Part shown: positions 25,523 to 32,000 of the stretch, piece after piece
Numbering within the stretch: the first letter of the stretch is position 1
Layout: each line of letters begins with the position of its first letter
Assembly (NCBI GenBank): GCA_029782025.1
Contig: JAKOVR010000013.1
Span: forward strand, 4,903-36,902
Source of the DNA: Actinomycetes bacterium
GTDB lineage: Bacteria > Actinomycetota > Acidimicrobiia > Acidimicrobiales > Acidimicrobilacustridaceae
Reading direction: 5' to 3'
Length of the DNA stretch: 32,000 nt
Notes under the pieces: generated by a model
What the model saw: the letters and a program-made list of their open reading frames with translations, nothing else
What the model was told of the DNA's origin: nothing
The model's database searches: none
Program-made: the position numbers and the translations under genes

Positions 25523-26515
25523 ATGCGAGTCCTGGTCGCGCCCGACAAGTTCCGCGGCACCATCGATGCGGCCGGCGCGGCGGCGGCGATGGCCACAGGC
25601 GTGCTCGAGGCGCGGCCCGACGCCATCTGCAAGGCCTTCCCCATGGCCGACGGCGGCGAGGGCACGCTGGAGGTGCTGGGGGGCGCCAACCGCACCACCA
25701 CGGTGTCGGGTCCGCTCGGCGATCCCGTCGATGCCGGGTGGCAGCTGCGGCGGGGGCGGGCCGTGATCGAGATGGCGCGGGCCTCGGGACTCGACCTCGT
25801 GGGCGGCGCCGAGGGCAACGATCCCCTGGCCGCCTCCACCTTCGGCACGGGCGAGCTGATCACTGCCGCCCTCGATGCCGGTGCCCGCCACATCATCGTG
25901 GCCGTGGGAGGGTCGGCCACCACCGACGGCGGGCTGGGGGCGCTCCGGGCCATGTACCCCACCCAGCGCCTGCGGGGCGTGCAGCTGGTCGTGGCCTGCG
26001 ACGTCCGGATCCCGTTCGTGGAGGCGGCCCGGCGGTTCGCACCCCAGAAGGGGGCGACCCCGGCCCAGGTGGCGCTGCTCGAGCGCCGCCTCGAGCGTCT
26101 CGTGCAGACCTACCAGCACGACTACGGGGTCGACGTGTCGGCCATCGAGGGCGGCGGCGCCGCCGGCGGGCTGGCCGGGGGCCTCGCCGCGGTGGGGGCC
26201 GAGCTCGTGCCCGGCTTCGAGGTGGTGGGGGAGGCCCTCGGCCTGTTCGACGCCCTCGCCGAGGCCGACCTCGTGATCACCGGCGAGGGCTTCGTCGACG
26301 AGGGGAGCTTCGAGGGGAAGGTGGTGGGCGGCGTGGCCGAGGCGGCCGAGGAGCTCGGCGTGCCGGTGCTGGTGGTGGCCGGTCAGGTGTTCGGCGACGT
26401 CGCCGACCGGGTGCGCTGCGTGTCGCTGGTGGAGCGCTTCGGCGACGAGCGGTCTCGCACCGCCACCGCCGCTTGCCTCACCGACGCGGTGGCCGAAGCG
26501 GTGGCCGCCCTCTGA
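25523..26515 (+). CDS. glxK: Glycerate kinase
   Basis: ATG 25523 (alternative 25508) lies within ORF 25271..26515. Motifs MRVLVAPDKFRGT, PMADGGEGT, GGSATTDGGLG and LVITGEGFVDEGSFEGKVV. Confidence 0.85.
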   Translation: MRVLVAPDKFRGTIDAAGAAAAMATGVLEARPDAICKAFPMADGGEGTLEVLGGANRTTTVSGPLGDPVDAGWQLRRGRAVIEMARASGLDLVGGAEGNDPLAASTFGTGELITAALDAGARHIIVAVGGSATTDGGLGALRAMYPTQRLRGVQLVVACDVRIPFVEAARRFAPQKGATPAQVALLERRLERLVQTYQHDYGVDVSAIEGGGAAGGLAGGLAAVGAELVPGFEVVGEALGLFDALAEADLVITGEGFVDEGSFEGKVVGGVAEAAEELGVPVLVVAGQVFGDVADRVRCVSLVERFGDERSRTATAACLTDAVAEAVAAL

Positions 26516-26522
26516 GCCCGGG

Positions 26523-26720
26523 TCAGGTCGACCGCTGCTTGAGGGCGGTGAAGACCTTGAACACCAGGAAGACGATGAGGGCGATGAAGGCCAGGCGCAG
26601 CACCACCAGCAAGGTGCCGACGACGAACCCGGCGATGCTGATCGCGCCGATGATGGCGAGGACGCCGACGACGGCGTAGGCGATCAGCGGGAAGCTCGAG
26701 GAGCGGGTGGACTCGGACAT
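26523..26720 (-). CDS. Small hydrophobic membrane protein (65 aa, two predicted TM helices)
   Basis: ORF 26523..26720. Sequence FPLIAYAVVGVLAIIGAISIAGFVVGTLLVVLRLAFIALIVFLVFKVF. GC3 stays high despite the hydrophobic composition. Confidence 0.55.
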   Translation of the reverse strand: MSESTRSSSFPLIAYAVVGVLAIIGAISIAGFVVGTLLVVLRLAFIALIVFLVFKVFTALKQRST

Positions 26721-26859
26721 GGCACGGACCTCCGGCGGGGACGACGGTCCTGACTCCAGAGGGGATGGACCGTTACCGAGAGCGTACGGACACCCGGCCC
26801 GGGCCGGTAGGGCGGAGGGATGGTCCTTTGTCCGATCTTCACGCCCGGCGGGCCGGCCC

Positions 26860-26865
26860 TACGAT
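26860..26865 (+). promoter_or_regulatory. Candidate -10 box (TACGAT) for a leaderless amidase mRNA
   Basis: TACGAT-GCGGCC-ATG places the hexamer 6 nt before ATG 26872. No SD is present. Confidence 0.35.
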
Positions 26866-26871
26866 GCGGCC

Positions 26872-28338
26872 ATGACCGACAGCACCGACCTCGCTGCCCT
26901 CGATGCCACCGCCCAGGCCGAGCTCGTCCGCCGCGGCGAGGTGTCGCCGCTCGACCTCGTCGACGCCGCCATCGAGCGGATCGAGCGCCGCAACCCCGAG
27001 ATCAACGCCGTGATCCTTCCCCGCTTCGAGCAGGCGCGGGCGGAGGCCGCGGCGGCGGCCTCGGGTCCCGACGCGCCGTTCCGGGGCGTGCCCATGGTGC
27101 TGAAGGACCTCGACGGCGTGTCGGCCGGCGACCCCTACCACGCCGGGACGCGGGGCCTGCGGGCCCGGGGCCACGTCGCCGACCACGACAGCCACCTCGT
27201 CACCCGGTTCCGGGAGGCGGGCTTCATCGTCGTCGGGCGGGCCAACACGCCGGAGCTGGGGCTCGTGCCCACCACCGAGCCGTTGTCCTACGGTCCGGCC
27301 CGCAACCCCTGGAACACGGCCCACTCGACCGGCGGGTCGAGCGGTGGCCCGGCCGCGGCCGTCGCCTCGGGCATGGTCCCGATCGGGCACGCCGGCGACG
27401 GCGGCGGGTCGATCCGCATCCCGGCCAGCGAGTGCGGCCTCGTCGGCTTCAAGCCCTCCCGGGCCCGCCACTCGCTCGGCCCCGAGGCCGGCGAGGCGTG
27501 GGGTGGTCTCGTGGCCCGCCTCGCCGTGACCCGCACCGTGCGCGACACCGCCGCCGTGCTCGATGCCGTGCAGGGCACCATGCCGGGCGACCCCTACACC
27601 GCGCCCCCGCCGTCGCGGCCGTACCTCGACGAGGTCGGGGCCGACCCCGGCCACCTGCGCATCGGGTTCACCCTCGCCTGCCCCGATCCCGCCGTGGCGG
27701 TCCATCCCGAGTGCGTGGCCGCAGTGGAGGGTGCCGTCCGGCTGCTCACGGCCGAGGGCCACCGGGTCGAGGAGGCCCAGCCCGCACCGTGGGCCGACCC
27801 GAGCACCATGGCCGAGCTCACGACGCACTTCATCAACTGCTACGCGGCCTGGACGCTGGCCGACGTCGAGCATCTCGCGGCCGCCACGGGCGGGCCATTC
27901 GGTCCCGACGACCTCGAACCCAATACCTGGGCCCTCGTCGAGATGGGCAAAGGGGTGACCGCCCTCCAGTACCTGCAGGCCCAGTCGATGATGAACGACT
28001 ACTGCCGGTCGATGGCCGCCTTCTGGGCCGACGGGTACGACCTCCTGCTGAGCGCCACCATCCCCGAGCCGCCCCCGACGCTCGGACAGTTCGACGCCAC
28101 CGACGACAACCCGATGGTCGGGCTGTTCCGGTCGGCGGCCGTGGTGCCCTACACGATCCCGTTCAACATCACCGGCCAGCCGGCGATCTCGCTGCCGCTG
28201 CACTGGTCGGCCGACGGCCTCCCGATCGGGGTGCAGCTCGTGGCCGCCTACGGCCGGGAGGACCTGCTCATCCGGGTCGCCGCCCAGCTCGAGACGGTCG
28301 CCCCGTGGGCCGACCGGCGCCCGCCCCACTGGGCCTGA
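26872..28338 (+). CDS. Amidase-signature family amidase
   Basis: ATG 26872 lies within ORF 26707..28338. Motifs [24 protein letters not shown] and [12 protein letters not shown]. Confidence 0.88.
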   Translation: MTDSTDLAALDATAQAELVRRGEVSPLDLVDAAIERIERRNPEINAVILPRFEQARAEAAAAASGPDAPFRGVPMVLKDLDGVSAGDPYHAGTRGLRARGHVADHDSHLVTRFREAGFIVVGRANTPELGLVPTTEPLSYGPARNPWNTAHSTGGSSGGPAAAVASGMVPIGHAGDGGGSIRIPASECGLVGFKPSRARHSLGPEAGEAWGGLVARLAVTRTVRDTAAVLDAVQGTMPGDPYTAPPPSRPYLDEVGADPGHLRIGFTLACPDPAVAVHPECVAAVEGAVRLLTAEGHRVEEAQPAPWADPSTMAELTTHFINCYAAWTLADVEHLAAATGGPFGPDDLEPNTWALVEMGKGVTALQYLQAQSMMNDYCRSMAAFWADGYDLLLSATIPEPPPTLGQFDATDDNPMVGLFRSAAVVPYTIPFNITGQPAISLPLHWSADGLPIGVQLVAAYGREDLLIRVAAQLETVAPWADRRPPHWA

Positions 28339-28377
28339 GCGCCGCAGAGGAGGAAGCCGGCCAGGGCCCGGGTCAGG

Positions 28378-28761
28378 TCAGGGCTCGGGTTCGGGTGCGG
28401 GGTCGATCGGGGAGGGACCGTGCCGCCCGTCCCCGTCCCCCTCGGCGTCGCCACCGGGCGGCCCCACGTAGCGGCTGAGGCGCAGCTCCTTGGGCGGGGG
28501 CTGGTCGACCTTCACCATCGCCCGGGCCACGACCTCGAGGGCGTCGGCGGTGTCGGGGCCGGCGTCGTGGCGCACGGCGTGGAGGGCCTGGCCCTTGGGC
28601 GAGCCGGTGAGTCCGGCCACGAGCTCGGCCAGCCGGCCCTCTCGCTCGACCTCGGCCGTGTCGCGCCGTCGGGCGCGCCGACCGGGACGGGCCGGGGGGT
28701 CGGACGGGCCGGGCGGAGGCTCGGCTGTGGCGCCTGGCGGCTCACCGAGACCCGCGGCCAT
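28378..28761 (-). CDS. Hypothetical 127-aa Pro/Asp/Glu-rich protein downstream of gpgS
   Basis: ATG 28761 is preceded by a strong SD (GGAGGGAG) and is in frame with ORF 28378..29295. High GC3. The central block SPKGQALHAVRHDAGPDTADALEVVARAMVKV looks globular. I recognise no family. Confidence 0.5.
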   Translation of the reverse strand: MAAGLGEPPGATAEPPPGPSDPPARPGRRARRRDTAEVEREGRLAELVAGLTGSPKGQALHAVRHDAGPDTADALEVVARAMVKVDQPPPKELRLSRYVGPPGGDAEGDGDGRHGPSPIDPAPEPEP

Positions 28762-28873
28762 CGCTCCCTCCTGCTCCGTCGTCGTGGTGTGGACGGTGGG
28801 GCTGCTCGCCCGCACCTTCCTCCACCTTTCGGCGGGCCGAGCGGCGGTGTGAGGTTCCTCGGCCGAAAATCGC

Positions 28874-29779
28874 TCAGTGGCGGGGGTGGCGCTCGCGGTA
28901 CTCGGGCAGGCCGGCGAGCGGCGGGCGCTGGCGGGCTTCGACGTAGGCGGGGTCGAGACCGGGCCGGACCAGCACGGCCACGTCGGCGATCTCGTGGCCG
29001 GCCCGGGTGAGCGCGGCCTGGAGCACCGCGGTGGCCTGCGGTCCGAGCTCCTCGAGGGAGCGGTTGCGGTGGGTGCGGGTGCCGAGGTCGACCTGGGCGA
29101 CGGCGTGCTCGCCGGCCAGGCGCACGACGTCGATGAGGAGCGCCAGGTCGACGCCGTAGCCGACGACGAAGGGGAGCCGTTCGAGCACGTCGCGGCGGCC
29201 GGCGTACTCGCCCGACAGCGGTTGGACGATGGCGCCGAGGGCCGGGAACAGGATCGACAGCACCGGCCGGGCCGCCAGCTCGGTGACCCGGCCACCGCCG
29301 GCGCCGGCGTCGGACACGGGCCGGCGGTAGAAGCCCTTCACGAAGGCCAGATCCGGTCGGCTGATGAGCGGCCCGGCCAGCCCGGTGACGTAGCCCGGGT
29401 GGAAGTCGGTGATGTCGGCGTCGCACCACACGATCAGGTCGCCCGAGGACGCGAACACCGACTTCCAGAGGGCCTCGCCCTTGCCGTGGCCCTCGCCGTG
29501 GTCGGGGAGGACGTCGGCGGCCTGGACCACGGTGGCGCCGGCGTCGGTGGCGATGCGGGCGGTGGCGTCGGTCGAGTGGTCGTCGACCACGAGGATCTCG
29601 TCGACCAGGGGTACCTCCTCGACCAACGCGGCGCGCACCGATTCGACGATCGGACCGATGGTGGAGGCCTCGTCGCGGGCGGGGATGCACACCGACAGGG
29701 TCCGGCCGGCCTTGCGCTCGCTGAGCGAGGCGGCCTGGAACTCGTCGTGGTGGAAGGTGCGGATCACCGAGGCGGGCAC
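28874..29779 (-). CDS. gpgS: Glucosyl-3-phosphoglycerate synthase (GT81)
   Basis: ORF 28874..29926. The sequence closely parallels mycobacterial GpgS as I recall it: LSVCIPARDEASTIG, DDHSTD, GKGEALW, FVKGFYRRP, GGGRVTELAARP, LQPLSGEYA, YGVDLALLID and THRNRSLEELG. The start is set at GTG 29779 (alternative 29767) because codons 29780-29926 have low GC3. Confidence 0.85.
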   Translation of the reverse strand: MPASVIRTFHHDEFQAASLSERKAGRTLSVCIPARDEASTIGPIVESVRAALVEEVPLVDEILVVDDHSTDATARIATDAGATVVQAADVLPDHGEGHGKGEALWKSVFASSGDLIVWCDADITDFHPGYVTGLAGPLISRPDLAFVKGFYRRPVSDAGAGGGRVTELAARPVLSILFPALGAIVQPLSGEYAGRRDVLERLPFVVGYGVDLALLIDVVRLAGEHAVAQVDLGTRTHRNRSLEELGPQATAVLQAALTRAGHEIADVAVLVRPGLDPAYVEARQRPPLAGLPEYRERHPRH

Positions 29780-29928
29780 CCCCAGATGGTCACCGACGCC
29801 GTCGTGGGGCGCAAGGCCGGTAGCGGCAGGGGCACGGGCCGGGAAGGTGTGCCGCCTCCGGGTGGTTGTGGCTCGGGCCGGTCCAACTACGCTTCCGGCC
29901 CCGGAACCGCATCGAGGGAGTCGCATCC

Positions 29929-30207
29929 ATGTCCGTCACCGTTCGCATCCCGCCCACGCTCCGCACGCTCACCGGCGGCGCCGCCTCGGTCGAGGTCGAG
30001 GGCGACACCGTCTCGGCGGTGATCGACGCGCTCGACGCCGTCCACCCCGGGTTCAAGGGCAAGTTGCTCGATGACGCCGGCAGCCTGGTGCGGTTCGTGA
30101 ACGTGTTCGTCGACGACGAGGACGTGCGGTTCATGGAGGGCCTGGGCACCGCGGTCGCCGCCGGCGGGACGGTGTCGATCATGGCCGCCGTGGCCGGCGG
30201 CGCCTGA
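29929..30207 (+). CDS. MoaD/ThiS/CysO-family sulfur-carrier protein ending ...AVAGGA
   Basis: ATG 29929 (SD GAGGGAG) lies within ORF 29866..30207. Sequence MSVTVRIPPTLRTLTGGAASVEVEGDTVSAVIDAL...RFVNVFVDDEDVRF...GGTVSIMAAVAGGA parallels M. tuberculosis CysO (...FVNIYVNDEDVRF...ILPAVAGG) as I recall it. Confidence 0.8.
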   Translation: MSVTVRIPPTLRTLTGGAASVEVEGDTVSAVIDALDAVHPGFKGKLLDDAGSLVRFVNVFVDDEDVRFMEGLGTAVAAGGTVSIMAAVAGGA

Positions 30208-30237
30208 GGCCCGGCCGCCGTGGCCGGCGGCGCGTGA
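30184..30237 (+). repeat. In-frame tandem duplication of the last 24 nt (AAVAGGA + stop) of the sulfur-carrier gene
   Basis: GCCGCCGTGGCCGGCGGCGCCTGA-GGCCCG-GCCGCCGTGGCCGGCGGCGCGTGA, 23/24 identical with a 30-nt period. Each unit contains the hairpin GCCGCCG-TGGC-CGGCGGC. Confidence 0.85.
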
Positions 30238-30445
30238 CGGCCGGCCGATCCTTCCGATTTGAAGTGTCGTCACGCTCGGTGTGGAGAGACGATCCGATGG
30301 TCCCTGTGCGTGACCCGCGCTTGAGCCGTCCGGCTCATTGAGGGGACCGAACGGCCCATTGGGGTCAAGTGGGCGCGCACATCGGCCCGATGCTGTCTGC
30401 GAGTAGCGGCGGCGGAACTCGGCGGCGGGAACCAATGCCAGCGAG

Positions 30446-30475
30446 ACCGGCTGATCTTCGGACCAGCCGGTTTTC
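30446..30475 (+). terminator. Intrinsic terminator-like hairpin with 3' T-tract on the plus strand
   Basis: ACCGGCTGATC-TTCG-GACCAGCCGGT followed by TTTCGCACTTTT. There are 10/11 stem pairs and a TTCG loop. It sits 18 nt from the stop of the convergent minus-strand gene, so it may act in both directions. Confidence 0.55.
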
Positions 30476-30492
30476 GCACTTTTCGGGCCGGG

Positions 30493-32000
30493 TCAGAGCA
30501 GGGCGAGCATCTCGCGGCGGGGTGGGCCGAGCGGGGGTTCGGGGTCGCGCTCGTCCCTGGCCTGGTACACCTCCATGACGCGGGCGAGCACCTCGGCGTC
30601 GGTGAAGAGGGCGTCGGGCCGGTCGAGCAGGTTGAACATCCGCACGAAGGCGCGGAACACCGAGGCGTGGAGCCGGAGGGCCGGCATCACCCCGTCGATG
30701 AGGAGGTCGCGCATGAAGGCGGCGGGGTCGGCGTCCGTGCCCGCCGCGTCGGTGCCCGGCGGGTCGGCGGCCTCCGGGTCGGCGGCCCCGCCGGTCCCGT
30801 CCTTGGCCTCGCGCTCTCTCGCCGCGGCGTCGCGGGCCATGCGGTCCTGCTGGCGTGCCGCCTGGTACCACGGCGCGATCTCGCGGGCGCACGCCTCCTC
30901 GTAGGCCCGGCCCCGCTCGTCGTGGTCGGCGCCGTGGGCGGCGGTGGCGTCGGCCAGCAGCGCGGCCTGGACGAGGGCGAGGGAGCAGCCCCGCCCGTAG
31001 AGCGGGTTGGTGCAGGTGTGGGCGTCGCCGACGGCGTGGAGCCCGGGCACGAGCGGTCGACCGTCCTCGGAGGTGAAGGTGATCGCCCGGTTGATGAGCC
31101 CGGCCATGACGTGCACCGGGGTGAGGGGCTCGGCCAGCGCGGGGTCGGCCCACGCCGCGGTTGCGGGCAGGGCCCGGGCGGCGGCGTCGAAGCGGTCGGG
31201 GTCGAGCAGGCGGCTGCGGAGCTCGTCGTCGTGGGTGCGGACGGCGAAGGTGACCGAGAACGTCCGGTTGTCGCCCTGGAAGATGGCGTACTTGAGGTAG
31301 CCGAGGTCGCCGCCGATCGGCCCGCTCTGGTCCGGCGGCACGGCACCGTCGCAGAGCCGGTAGAAGCGGCTGAGGTACACGATGCCGGTGTCCTCCTCCT
31401 CGACGTCGAGGGGCGTGCCGGCCGCAGCCAACCAGGCGGCGATGGGGGAGCGGCGGCCGTTGGCGGCGATCACCAGGTCGGCGCGGTGTTCGACCGGCGA
31501 GCCGTCGCCGTCGGTGACGACCACGCCCCGGACCCAGGGCCGGCCGTCGGGCCGGCGGTCGATGACGAGTCCCTCGGCGGCGTGGCCGTCGAGGAGGCGC
31601 ACGTTGGGGTCGTCGAGGACGGCGTGCCGCAGGACCCACTCGAAGGTGGTGCGGCGGCAGGCCAGCGCCACGAGGTCCTCGTCCTCGGGCACCGGCGTGG
31701 GGTCGTCGATGGTGTCGGGCATCATCTCGGCGAAGCGCATCTCGGTGGCACCGGCGTCGAGCAGGCGGGCGAGGACGTCGGGGTAGCGGTCGCGCAGCAG
31801 GTTGCGCAGCCGGGCGAGGAGGGCGTGGCTGTGACGGACCTGCGGTGCGCCGCGCCGGTTCCAGTCGAAGGCGTGGTCGGGGTCGGCGGGCAGCGGCGTG
31901 GCGTCGCGCTCGAGGACGGTGACGAGGTGGCCGGCGCGGGAGAGGGCCAGGGCGGAACCCAGGCCGGCGACCCCGCCGCCCATCACGATGCACTGGAGCG
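30493..32000 (-). CDS. FAD-dependent oxidoreductase (Rossmann GxGxxG N-terminus); 5' end just beyond the right edge
   Basis: ORF 30493..31986. The frame continues open upstream to the window edge (..LQCIVMGGGVAGLGSALAL), so the true start lies outside. A GD-type FAD motif (AVGDAHTCTNPLYGRG) is present. The specific function is not recognisable. Confidence 0.8.
   Translation of the reverse strand, partial: LQCIVMGGGVAGLGSALALSRAGHLVTVLERDATPLPADPDHAFDWNRRGAPQVRHSHALLARLRNLLRDRYPDVLARLLDAGATEMRFAEMMPDTIDDPTPVPEDEDLVALACRRTTFEWVLRHAVLDDPNVRLLDGHAAEGLVIDRRPDGRPWVRGVVVTDGDGSPVEHRADLVIAANGRRSPIAAWLAAAGTPLDVEEEDTGIVYLSRFYRLCDGAVPPDQSGPIGGDLGYLKYAIFQGDNRTFSVTFAVRTHDDELRSRLLDPDRFDAAARALPATAAWADPALAEPLTPVHVMAGLINRAITFTSEDGRPLVPGLHAVGDAHTCTNPLYGRGCSLALVQAALLADATAAHGADHDERGRAYEEACAREIAPWYQAARQQDRMARDAAAREREAKDGTGGAADPEAADPPGTDAAGTDADPAAFMRDLLIDGVMPALRLHASVFRAFVRMFNLLDRPDALFTDAEVLARVMEVYQARDERDPEPPLGPPRREMLALL

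Noticed and set aside
26793-26806. A perfect 14-bp palindrome CCGGCCCGGGCCGG in the small-membrane-protein/amidase spacer.
   Set aside because: It is a GC-only palindrome of a kind expected by chance in this composition. It is single-copy in the window and has no positional link to a promoter element.
29780-29926. The longer gpgS ORF starting at ATG 29926.
   Set aside because: The codons in this stretch are atypical (cga, cct, ggt, gga, gta, gtt, aca...). It would also nearly abut the divergent sulfur-carrier gene, leaving no room for its promoter or SD. The homologous region of GpgS begins downstream.
30270-30479. Small ORFs in the 285-bp spacer: 69 aa on the minus strand, 69 aa on the plus strand from 30369, and a 25-aa plus-strand ORF from about 30275.
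   Set aside because: GC3 is clearly below that of neighbouring genes. There is no SD. The plus-strand ORF runs antisense into the oxidoreductase gene. The products are basic and low-complexity.

Overview
Very GC-rich, gene-dense chromosomal window with the gene content of a high-GC Actinomycetota genome (GpgS, DUF3263-like protein, Rv2004c-like kinase, TANNNT -10 boxes placed for leaderless mRNAs). I support 34 protein-coding genes and one tRNA. I saw no transposase, integrase, phage gene or CRISPR array. Left third: a partial ppsA lies divergent from a nine-gene, translationally coupled [NiFe]-hydrogenase operon of sulfhydrogenase (group 3b-like) architecture. This operon carries three unusual passengers: a stand-alone cNMP-binding domain protein, an EamA/DMT permease and a Cys-rich unknown protein. 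It is followed by an M50-CBS protease, an Rv2004c-like kinase and a tandem USP, a set that resembles mycobacterial DosR/hypoxia regulon content. Middle: bcp, a divergent pair of secreted proteins, an rrf2-ferredoxin-MOSC operon, a thiolase, two divergent enoyl-CoA hydratase paralogs, adk and tRNA-Thr. Right third: DUF3263-like and LytR_C genes, otsB/otsA, glycerate kinase, an amidase, gpgS, an orphan CysO/MoaD-like sulfur-carrier protein and a partial FAD oxidoreductase. The strongest non-genic signals are four. (1) A directional 48-bp composite palindrome occurs twice, in the USP/bcp and rrf2/thiolase divergent promoters, and is a candidate operator of the Fe-S Rrf2 regulator. (2) A REP-like palindrome family (CCGTGGGTGCGCAATG-N15-CATTGCGCACCCACGG) has three copies. 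(3) A 64-bp convergent spacer is built almost entirely of two tandem arrays. (4) A 285-bp lower-GC convergent spacer carries a canonical terminator and is a candidate sRNA locus. All functional calls rest on motif recognition by eye; no database search was possible.
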